DNA from: Bdellovibrionota bacterium
GTDB taxonomy: Bacteria > Bdellovibrionota_C > UBA2361 > OMIW01
Reading direction: 5' to 3'
Assembly: GCA_044345055.1 (NCBI GenBank)
Contig: JBIJBT010000029.1
Coordinates: 1-31,940 of the forward strand
DNA: 31,940 nucleotides
The position numbers were made by a program, and so were the translations under genes. Shown here piece after piece: positions 18,138-26,412 of the stretch (the first letter of the stretch is position 1; each line of letters starts with the position of its first letter). The notes beneath the pieces are model-generated. The model saw only the letters and a program-made list of their open reading frames with translations. It was not told the DNA's origin and made no database searches.

Positions 18138-18911
18138 CTAACGCGGAACTGTTAAAATCTCCACTCCCGTCTCAGTTACAAGCACCGTGTGCTCCCATTG
18201 CGCAGATAACAGGCCATCGGCCGTTCGAACGGTCCATCGGTCTATTGGAGAGAGCACTGTTTTGTGGGTGCCCCGATTAATCATCGGCTCCACTGTAAAT
18301 GTCATACCGGCGCGCATGATCTCGCCCGTTCCCCTTCGCCCAACATGCAAGACCTGTGGTGATTCGTGAAACTCTCGTCCAACCCCGTGACCGGTGTATT
18401 CGCGAACAATCCCGTAACCTCGACCTAGCTTGCGAATATATTCCTGAATTGCCGCTCCGATATTCCCAAATCGAGCTCCAGGTTTAACCTCCCGAATCCC
18501 GCGCTCTAGTGCCTCTTTGGTGTGTTGAACGAGTTCGCGCGCTTCAGGTGAACACGCCTCTTCACCACCTACAAGAAACATGACGCTCGCATCACCATGA
18601 AAACCCTGCTTATAGGTCGTCACGTCGACGTTTATTATATCTCCATGTCGAAGAACAACGTGGGGGCTCGGAATGCCGTGACAGATAACGTCATTTACTG
18701 AGGTGCAACAACTTTTTGGAAATCCCCGATAATGGAGCGTGGAAGGAGTCCCTCCCTCTGCGATGATTCGCTCGTGAACGTATTGATTGATATCCTCTGT
18801 AGAGATACCAGGCTTCACAATCTCTTTTAGCTCTTCAAGAATAGTCGCAGTTATCGCGCACGACTCTCTCATGAGCACTATCTCTTCATCCGTTTTGATC
18901 GGTATCGTCAT
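18138..18911 (-). CDS. map: Methionine aminopeptidase type I
   Basis: CTSVNDVICHGIP, GDIINVDVT, GFHGD, YTGHGVG, FHESP, FTVEPMIN, SAQWEHT. Confidence 0.97.
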   Translation of the reverse strand: MTIPIKTDEEIVLMRESCAITATILEELKEIVKPGISTEDINQYVHERIIAEGGTPSTLHYRGFPKSCCTSVNDVICHGIPSPHVVLRHGDIINVDVTTYKQGFHGDASVMFLVGGEEACSPEARELVQHTKEALERGIREVKPGARFGNIGAAIQEYIRKLGRGYGIVREYTGHGVGREFHESPQVLHVGRRGTGEIMRAGMTFTVEPMINRGTHKTVLSPIDRWTVRTADGLLSAQWEHTVLVTETGVEILTVPR

Positions 18912-18956
18912 GAATTTTACCTAACGTCTATATCAGCGTGATCCGAAACTCCTCAA

Positions 18957-19424
18957 TTACTGCTTCGCTCGGTCTTTAGCCCAACTATACAATAATCGAA
19001 AGTGTTCCTCTGAAACTGGCTGCACACTTAGCCGACTGCGGGGTTTAAGAAGCTCAAGGCCTTCTAGTTCCGGTCTTTCCATCAACTCTTTTCTCGGAAG
19101 GACATAATCAAAGGCCTCAACAAAGGCAACTCGGGGGCAAAACCATCGAGGAGCATCGACCGTAGCACGAGGATCAAAATATGCACTCGCTGGATCAAAC
19201 TGCGTAGGATCAGGCTCAGCGATGGAACAAACCTCCGCAATTCCAGCAATGCCGACTGGGTTCACAACAGAGTGATAGAAAAATAGTTTCTCACCCACCC
19301 TCATCGAACGAAGATAATTGCGCGCCTGATAGTTGCGAACCCCCGACCAGAGGGTAGTCCCCTCTCGCTTTAGATCTTCGATAGAATAAACATCTGGCTC
19401 ACTCTTAGCTAACCACCATGCCAT
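18957..19424 (-). CDS. EVE domain protein
   Basis: WLAKSEPDVYSIEDL, WSGVRNYQARNYLRSM, FFYHS, RLSVQPV. Confidence 0.95.
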   Translation of the reverse strand: MAWWLAKSEPDVYSIEDLKREGTTLWSGVRNYQARNYLRSMRVGEKLFFYHSVVNPVGIAGIAEVCSIAEPDPTQFDPASAYFDPRATVDAPRWFCPRVAFVEAFDYVLPRKELMERPELEGLELLKPRSRLSVQPVSEEHFRLLYSWAKDRAKQ

Positions 19425-19551
19425 AGCAACGACTATTCCACTCCAATTCTTCTATAACCCATTTCATCTCTCTATTTGCGGCGTAAAGGCTACTCTCTGG
19501 ACTCTCTGTTTCGAAGCCGCTACGCTGCGACGAAACGTTTATACTAACCGT

Positions 19552-20220
19552 ATGGTACCCGCGAGTCACCCCACACCAATTATATATCCGCTCACACCTC
19601 GCACCATAATTTCTGTCATGGTGACCGAGAATAGCGCTGTGCGCCACCATCCCCTTTCGGGGCAATCGCTAAGCAATCAGGCCCGCGAGTGCGCTCGTGT
19701 ATGTATCGTACATCTTGTTAATATCAGTTGCGACAGCGAAGCTCCTCTCGAAGCACCCATACCTCTTTCGATAGGTCGTGGCGGCCTCGGAGAGCCATTA
19801 TTTCCCCCGCCATTCAAAGGCTCTTTAGCCCATACCAAAGAGAGGGATCAAACAGGAGTGTGTGCTATCGTTAGCACTGAGAGCAATATTTCAAGCGTTG
19901 GCGTTGATATTGAACTAATTCAACGACAAATTACACCGAGATTAATTGCCCGTATAACCTCTGAGAGAGAGTTCGCAGCGTATACCGATTGGTGCGACGA
20001 TGATAGCTTACCGCAATATTGGCGCTCGGGGTTGGCGATATTTTGCGCAAAAGAGGCCGCCATCAAGGCGCTCTCTCCTCTTTCGAACCTTTCGATGACA
20101 CTTCGTGCAACAGAGATGAGCTACAATCCGGCGACTAACTCCTTCCTCTCAGGTTCTCTTTCTGGTTATCTTTATTTACACCAGGGAGCCCTTATCGCTT
20201 ACGCTACAGTGTCGACGTAA
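19552..20220 (+). CDS. 4'-phosphopantetheinyl transferase family protein (EntD/Sfp-like); true start may be ATG 19618
   Basis: GEPLFPPPFKGSLAHT, VGVDIE and IFCAKEAAIKA motifs. Confidence 0.85.
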   Translation: MVPASHPTPIIYPLTPRTIISVMVTENSAVRHHPLSGQSLSNQARECARVCIVHLVNISCDSEAPLEAPIPLSIGRGGLGEPLFPPPFKGSLAHTKERDQTGVCAIVSTESNISSVGVDIELIQRQITPRLIARITSEREFAAYTDWCDDDSLPQYWRSGLAIFCAKEAAIKALSPLSNLSMTLRATEMSYNPATNSFLSGSLSGYLYLHQGALIAYATVST

Positions 20221-20246
20221 ATCAACCCTCTCCTGATTATTTTCGC

Positions 20247-20945
20247 ATGACAACTCCGAACCCCGAATTTGGCGATATTCCTCAGCTACCTTTTGCCCGA
20301 AGAATACTCGTTGCAATCGTTCATAGATTTCTGCACACGATATTCTCTACCCTTCGCATCACCGTTCACTGCGAACCTGGAGCATCATTGACTGCCACCT
20401 GCGTTGGACAATCGTGTATCCTTGCGATGTGGCATGGAGAGCAGCTTGTTGTTCCATTTGTTGTGTCGGAGTGCCGACGCAAGTCGCCTATTCCACCCCG
20501 CCCACTCATTCCGATTGTGAGCAAACATTCAGATGGAAGGCTTATCGCGCAACTTCTCTTTCTTCTTGGATTTCGCTCTGTTGGTGGCTCTTCCGGAAAA
20601 GGAGGGAGCGAGGCTCTTCGCCGACTCGTTCGTGCGATGCGTCACGGTGCCATAGGTGCGATAACGGTCGATGGCCCCCGCGGCCCTAGACACGAGCTAA
20701 AACCGGGCATCATCAAACTCGCTCAGCTTTCGGGTGCTCCTATCAGTGGAGTTGTTGCTATTCCGGAGCGATGCGTTCGCTTCAGAAGCTGGGATCGGAT
20801 GTTTCTTCCTCTCCCCTTCTCGCGCATTAAAGTGCACGTTCTAACTCCTCGTCACGTCGGCCCCGATGAAAACGAAGAAGCGGTCACGCAAGCGTTACGC
20901 GCCGATATGTTGCGCTATCATGGACCATCCGATTTAGCAGAGTGA
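20247..20945 (+). CDS. DUF374 / lysophospholipid acyltransferase family protein
   Basis: ILAMWHG, VSKHSDG, GSSGKGG, ITVDGPRGP, SWDRMFLPLPFS. Confidence 0.9.
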   Translation: MTTPNPEFGDIPQLPFARRILVAIVHRFLHTIFSTLRITVHCEPGASLTATCVGQSCILAMWHGEQLVVPFVVSECRRKSPIPPRPLIPIVSKHSDGRLIAQLLFLLGFRSVGGSSGKGGSEALRRLVRAMRHGAIGAITVDGPRGPRHELKPGIIKLAQLSGAPISGVVAIPERCVRFRSWDRMFLPLPFSRIKVHVLTPRHVGPDENEEAVTQALRADMLRYHGPSDLAE

Positions 20946-20954
20946 AAAAACGCC

Positions 20955-22592
20955 CTACTGTTCCTCAATTTTGATAAATATCACCGATTCGCTCGGAACA
21001 GCGGTTAACTTTACCCCCTTTTTAACACCGATTGTGGCCGACAGCTTGGAATTCCCGGCTTGAGGGTGAATGAAGGTAATTCCTGAGAAATCGGCAGGCG
21101 GATACTGAGGAAGCGAAAGGCCAAGAGTTGAAATTCCGGTCTCGGTAACGGTTAAAAGATAAGTTCGAGCGTCCCGCCTAACTAACTGAAACGGGGGCAC
21201 CGCCTGGTTAAGCCGAAGTGCCACAACGTGTTCACCATCGACGGTATCAAAATCGATTCCGCTCAGGAGTCGTTGCTTACTTGATGGTGGGGTAGTTTTT
21301 GGTGTGACGCTGGTCGTTTTTGCCATGGTTGGGTTCGGCTGGACCACCGTGGCCTCCGGAGAGGGTATTGGTGAAACGTCACGACTTGGGGATATGGTCG
21401 GGGCTAAAGTTGCGATCGGCGTTGCGCTCCTCGTGGGAGATGTTGATGTTTTTGGCGTTGATGTTGGACTCAAGGTTGGAGTGGCTGCTTGACTTGGCGT
21501 CGGGCTGGAAGTTTGGGTTGGGCTTGCCGTCAGGGTCGGCGTAGCGGTCTCTGTCGGCGGCATCGCCGGTGTTGCCGGAGAAGTCGTTGGCTCGCGAAGG
21601 ATTGGTGGCTCAATCGATGGCGATGGGGTTACGAGCGGTTTCTTTTGAATTCGGGGCGTATCGGTTGGATTTGGCGTGGCGGTACGGGTAGCTGTGGCGG
21701 TGGCCCGCGGTGATGGGGTAAGCGTTGCGGTCGGTGATGGCGTAACGGTTGGGGTGGCCGATGGAGTAGCCGTTGGGGTTCGTGATGGTGTTGCTGTGGT
21801 CGTCGGAGTTGCGGTCGCCGTTACAGTGGCAGTTAATGTAGCTGATGGAGTTGGCGATGGCGTGGCTGTTTTTGATGGCGTTGGAGTGGGTGACGAGGTT
21901 GCCGTCGGCGTTTGTGTCACAGTAGCTGTTGGGGATCGTGTTGGAGTAAATGTTGGTGATGCCGTAGAAGTTGGTGACGGAGTCGCAGTTGATGATGGAG
22001 TCGCAGACGCAGACGGAGACGGAGTCGCAGACGCAATTGCCAGAGCTATTTCTTTTGGCCTATCCGATTTTGCTTTATCAGCAGCTGTCAACAAAGAGAT
22101 TACCACCTTGGCTCCCTGTACTGAGCGCTGTACTTCTCCACTCGATACAGCAAGGTCGAGAACTACACGAACTTTGTCTGGATGAACACCCACCCGAATT
22201 TTTTTTACTACGGTATCAGATACCGTTTTTGTAACATTCCATGACGAAGGGAAATTGCTTCCTCTGCCATCAATAACAAGTCTCCTCGGACTATCGAGTA
22301 AAAAGGTTGTCGGCTTAGTGCCTGCCGGAAAGCTCAATACAATATCATCAGAAACTCGTGAGACCAGCAGCACAGACTCCCCTCCGCCGGAACGCAACAA
22401 TTCCTGTGCATAGACTTTAGAGACGCCGCTGATCGCAAAGAAAATAACTGCAAAACAAATCTTGCAGAAAAACAGACTCAGACAGGAACGATAGACGGGC
22501 ATCTCGAATTTTTGGAAATGCGCGCCAGTAGATACTGTTATTGTATTTCTCATAGTGTCGAATCTGCTCTTGAGGTCACTAGACCGAATCAC
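20955..22592 (-). CDS. Secreted AMIN-domain protein with long Pro/Thr/Ser linker; likely start ATG 22502
   Basis: Signal peptide ending VYA-QE; AMIN motif FLLDSPRRLVID...KIRVGVHPDKVRVVLDL; ~250 aa of TPSPTAT-like repeats; beta-rich C-terminal domain. Confidence 0.88.
   Translation of the reverse strand: MIRSSDLKSRFDTMRNTITVSTGAHFQKFEMPVYRSCLSLFFCKICFAVIFFAISGVSKVYAQELLRSGGGESVLLVSRVSDDIVLSFPAGTKPTTFLLDSPRRLVIDGRGSNFPSSWNVTKTVSDTVVKKIRVGVHPDKVRVVLDLAVSSGEVQRSVQGAKVVISLLTAADKAKSDRPKEIALAIASATPSPSASATPSSTATPSPTSTASPTFTPTRSPTATVTQTPTATSSPTPTPSKTATPSPTPSATLTATVTATATPTTTATPSRTPTATPSATPTVTPSPTATLTPSPRATATATRTATPNPTDTPRIQKKPLVTPSPSIEPPILREPTTSPATPAMPPTETATPTLTASPTQTSSPTPSQAATPTLSPTSTPKTSTSPTRSATPIATLAPTISPSRDVSPIPSPEATVVQPNPTMAKTTSVTPKTTPPSSKQRLLSGIDFDTVDGEHVVALRLNQAVPPFQLVRRDARTYLLTVTETGISTLGLSLPQYPPADFSGITFIHPQAGNSKLSATIGVKKGVKLTAVPSESVIFIKIEEQ
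21280..22035 (-). repeat. Low-complexity T/P/S/A coding repeat region
   Basis: Degenerate TPSPTAT/TATP units in the translation; the DNA is not a perfect repeat. Confidence 0.8.
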
Positions 22593-22663
22593 TATAGCTG
22601 AGTGCTATGGATCGAGACAGAACAGATTTTAGCCATCCGGCCCTCGTCATTCTGGACAAGCCA

Positions 22664-23359
22664 TTATCGAGCAAGAGAATCTTCCTCTCGAACCGCTGTT
22701 TTCTGCTGATTCAAACGGTGCTCGAATACGAGCATCGCCCCTGAAAATCTAGTAGTAAATCGGCACGACACCCGCTCCTTCGTCGGAAGTATCTTCCAGA
22801 AGCGAAACTCGCGAACCGGCAATCTCTTCCCGCCACTCGACTCAACCTCAACCGATTGCATCTCAAAATCTTCGCGCAGATGGGCTCCATACTCCAGATT
22901 CGCCCCTCGGGCTGATTCACTAAGGCATACGAGGGAATCTCCCAAAAGCACCAACCATACCGGCTTTTCTGCAGATGGTGACCGCGCACTCAATCCAATT
23001 TCATCATCACTTCGCTCCTCGACCCAAATTCCTCGAATAATCTGATGAACTGATAAATCTCGAGCCTTACCCGCAAATGCAAAACGACGAGCCGCTGAAC
23101 GAACAGCTAAATATTCAATAATCGTTCTTGGTTTCAGTTCGCGCCACCGTTTCGAGGCAGCCCTCTGAAAAACAAGAGGAATCAGAATAATCGACAATCC
23201 GAAAATGAATTGCTCTCTAAGGCCCACCGAGAGGACAAGAAATACAACCATACAAAAGAGAACAGCCGAGACTCCTGAAGCATTTGATTTTGAGAGTATC
23301 TCGAACTTCTCTTCAGGAGGAATCCGCCGCCACATCTGATCTGCGTTAATTGTTTCCAT
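22664..23359 (-). CDS. Hypothetical membrane protein (two TM segments)
   Basis: 231-aa ATG ORF with hydrophobic segments near aa 29-46 and 50-64. Confidence 0.8.
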   Translation of the reverse strand: METINADQMWRRIPPEEKFEILSKSNASGVSAVLFCMVVFLVLSVGLREQFIFGLSIILIPLVFQRAASKRWRELKPRTIIEYLAVRSAARRFAFAGKARDLSVHQIIRGIWVEERSDDEIGLSARSPSAEKPVWLVLLGDSLVCLSESARGANLEYGAHLREDFEMQSVEVESSGGKRLPVREFRFWKILPTKERVSCRFTTRFSGAMLVFEHRLNQQKTAVREEDSLAR

Positions 23360-23541
23360 TATCGAAAGGGGAAATTTTTGCCGAGTTAATTTGTCTACTC
23401 ACACAAAAGGCACATTCCATTCCAAAAAAAAATCCCCAAAACTGACAACTTTCTTCCCGATGTTTCGATAAAAGAGAGGTTCATTCTAAATAAAGCAGAG
23501 ATTACGACCCCGAAAAAAAACGTTCACAAATAGAGGCTTGA

Positions 23542-25080
23542 ATGTTAGCGAAAGTTCTTACAAGTACGATTGTCGGTTTAAAGGCAGTTCCGGTTGAGGC
23601 ACAGATAGCGGTTCGGTCGGGAAAATCGCTTTTCACCTTGGTCGGTATGGCAGATTGTGCAGTACGTGAATCGCGCGAACGTATACTCTCGGCGTTACGT
23701 CACCTCTCAATAGCTGTGGATAAACAGGTGCTCGTTAATTTAGCTCCTGCAGAGGTTCGTAAAGAAGGTTCGTCGTTTGATGTTCCAGTCGCAGTTGGGC
23801 TTCTCGCAGCTCTCAAACTAATACCGAGAGATTCCCTCACTTCCCGCTCATTCCATGGAGAGCTTGCACTCGACGGCGAGCTGCATCGAATTCGTGGAGC
23901 CGCCAGCATGGCGATCACCGCAATGGAACAGGGCGCGACCGAGATTATTCTTCCGCACGAAAATGTTTCGGAAGTTCGACTACTCCGCGGAATCGAGCCA
24001 GTTGGTGCCCGTTCAATCGCCGAGGTTCTTCTTTATTTACGAGATGGAGTTCGTCCTCCACAACCCGATTCAAATCGCAGTAGCGAAAATTCGGGTGTTT
24101 CATCAATATCTCTCGACGAAGTCATCGGTCAGGAAAGAGCCAAGCGAGCTCTGACCATCGCTGCGGCCGGAGGGCACAATATCCTCTTTATCGGCCCACC
24201 GGGATGCGGCAAATCGATGCTCGCACAACGGTTTGAGGAACTTCTACCCACGGTAACTGAGCGAGATCTACTCGATATTGTAAAAGTTCATTCAGTTGCA
24301 GGATTTCCTGTCGAGGACTTTCTTCGTGGCCGCCGCCCATTTCGAGCGCCACATCACTCGCTCAGTGATGCCGCGCTCGTCGGAGGTGGTGTCCCAGTTC
24401 GCCCGGGAGAGATAAGCCTCGCACATGGCGGAGTCCTCTTTCTCGATGAATTCCCCGAGTTTCGCCGGACTGCGATAGAATCGCTCCGCACCCCGCTGGA
24501 GGAGGGCCGTGTGTTAGTCAGTAGAGCGAGAAGCTCTGCGGAGTTTCCCGCCCGATTCCAGCTCATAGCCGCAATGAATCCCTGTCCATGTGGGCGACTC
24601 GGTATATCGAAAGACTCCTGCTCATGCAGTCAGATTGCGCTTCAATCATATCTAAGAAAGCTCTCACAACCAATACTGGATCGAATAGACCTACACCTCT
24701 ACCTCCAAGCAGTTCCGATTCAATCAATACTCCAGCGTGAAACAACGCCAACCCCAGTTACCGTGTCAGCCAAGAGCCTGCAAGCAAAAATTACCGAGGC
24801 TGTTGCTATTCAGCTTGAAAGATCTGGTGCTCTAAATGGTCACCTTCCAACTCCTGACTTTTTAGCTGACAACGATCTTTCTCGCCCAGCCAGGGATCTA
24901 ATAGAGCGCGCGGCTCTTAAACTTCAGGTATCCGCTCGCGGAGTTATGCGGATCATGCGTGTAGCTCGCACCGTTGCCGATCTTTCTGGCGATTCCACCG
25001 TAACCGAACATCACGTCGCCGAGGCACTAGGATTTCGGGAACTCGATCGTATGATGGTGTTTGGGGGATTGTATTCCTGA
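23542..25080 (+). CDS. comM: ComM/YifB Mg-chelatase-like AAA+ ATPase
   Basis: VRESRERI, VNLAPAEVRKEGSSFD, GELALDG, GPPGCGKS, PFRAPHHS, PGEISLAHGGVLFLDE, AAMNPCPCG, LDRIDL, RVARTVADL. Confidence 0.95.
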   Translation: MLAKVLTSTIVGLKAVPVEAQIAVRSGKSLFTLVGMADCAVRESRERILSALRHLSIAVDKQVLVNLAPAEVRKEGSSFDVPVAVGLLAALKLIPRDSLTSRSFHGELALDGELHRIRGAASMAITAMEQGATEIILPHENVSEVRLLRGIEPVGARSIAEVLLYLRDGVRPPQPDSNRSSENSGVSSISLDEVIGQERAKRALTIAAAGGHNILFIGPPGCGKSMLAQRFEELLPTVTERDLLDIVKVHSVAGFPVEDFLRGRRPFRAPHHSLSDAALVGGGVPVRPGEISLAHGGVLFLDEFPEFRRTAIESLRTPLEEGRVLVSRARSSAEFPARFQLIAAMNPCPCGRLGISKDSCSCSQIALQSYLRKLSQPILDRIDLHLYLQAVPIQSILQRETTPTPVTVSAKSLQAKITEAVAIQLERSGALNGHLPTPDFLADNDLSRPARDLIERAALKLQVSARGVMRIMRVARTVADLSGDSTVTEHHVAEALGFRELDRMMVFGGLYS

Positions 25081-25112
25081 CGAGTTTTCAGTCGAGATCA
25101 AACGGACAAACC

Positions 25113-25166
25113 TTGCATAAAAGCTCTGTATACCTCATACTACAAATACTAGAAAAACCCTAGAAT
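25113..25166 (+). promoter_or_regulatory. Putative promoter/operator of Rpn-like copy 1
   Basis: TTGCAT-17 nt-CATACT, then CTAGAA twice at 11-bp period. Same geometry upstream of copies 2 and 3. Confidence 0.45.
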
Positions 25167-25212
25167 CCGAATTTATGAATCGAAGATACGGCGCCCTCTT
25201 TCTCAAAAAACC

Positions 25213-26073
25213 ATGAAGATAGCAAACCCAATTTACGACGCCGTATTCAAGTATCTTCTTGAGGATAAGAGAGTCGCAAAACTTTTGCTTTCAACGATCC
25301 TCGATGAAGAGATTTTAGATATTAATATTCAACCGACCGAGCACTCTATTGAGCTTGAAAGACCACCCGTTACTGTTTACCGAATCGACTTCTCGGCAAA
25401 AATTCGCTCAGGATCTGGAGAACAGCTTGTTCTTATCGAGCTACAAAAAGCAAAGTTCGCGCAGGATCTTTTCAGATTTCGAAGATACCTCGGGAACCAC
25501 TACGCAAATAGAGAAAACCAAACAATAGATCCAAAAACTGGAAGAACTGTTCCAATTCCGATAATCACAATCTATTTTTTGGGTGAGGCGATCTCTGACC
25601 TTTCGGCTCCCGTAATTAAGGTAAACCGAGAATGCATAGATATCGCCACTGGTGAAAGATTTACCAAAAAGGTCCAGTTCATCGAGTGTCTCACCCACAA
25701 CAGCTTCATAATTCAGATACCTCACCTAAAAGAAAAACGAAGAACAGAGCTTGAAAAGCTTCTTCTTTTCTTTGACCAATCAAACGCTATCGAGGATAAA
25801 CACACCCTCTCTATTCATGAAGATCAGATCCCCCAACAGCATCAACTTCTATTAGATCGACTTCGAAGAGCGATAGAAGATCAAAACATTCGAGGGGCGA
25901 TGGATGTTGAGGACGATATTGTTCTTGAGCTTGAGGATAAAGATAGAGAGATTCAGAGGCATCGAGAGAGGGCTGATCTGGAGAAAGCCCGAGCTGATGA
26001 AAATGAACAAAAATTAACTGAGGCTCTTGAACGTCTTCGAGAGCTCGAGAAAATGTCTCCGGAAAAATCGTGA
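25213..26073 (+). CDS. Rpn-like PD-(D/E)XK nuclease family protein, copy 1 (286 aa)
   Basis: NPIYDAVFKYLL N-terminus; RIDF...LIELQK catalytic motif; RFRRYL; PIITIYF; C-terminal coiled coil. Confidence 0.8.
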   Translation: MKIANPIYDAVFKYLLEDKRVAKLLLSTILDEEILDINIQPTEHSIELERPPVTVYRIDFSAKIRSGSGEQLVLIELQKAKFAQDLFRFRRYLGNHYANRENQTIDPKTGRTVPIPIITIYFLGEAISDLSAPVIKVNRECIDIATGERFTKKVQFIECLTHNSFIIQIPHLKEKRRTELEKLLLFFDQSNAIEDKHTLSIHEDQIPQQHQLLLDRLRRAIEDQNIRGAMDVEDDIVLELEDKDREIQRHRERADLEKARADENEQKLTEALERLRELEKMSPEKS

Positions 26074-26412
26074 GAATCTTTAATTTGCAATTTCTGTGCG
26101 TATAGAGGTGCAGGTACGGGATTGTCGAGAGTTCTCCATTATTTACCCCTTGTTCATCTCCATAATCGCATAACATTTTACTCAACTGTTTGACTTAATT
26201 CATCAAGACTCACGCCCCCTTCTCGCACAATTATTGGACATTCGCGCTATCCTCCTGACAACACTACGATTATCCTTCACCGCCAGCTTTTGAGTGTACT
26301 TTTTGATGACCAGTTCGATAAGGCAAAGACTTTTTCATATCCCCGAAACACCGACTCTTCAATGCCTTTTAATTTGAGATAATTCATCGCGCCGGATTGT
26401 CATAACCCAATC

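Noticed and set aside
21676..22185. 169-aa + strand ORF of VAVGDG repeats
   Set aside because: Antisense shadow of the T/P/A linker in the AMIN gene; such codons give stop-free reverse frames.
23542..25080. comM disrupted by an integrated element
   Set aside because: The ORF is full length with all motifs; the array starts after its stop codon.
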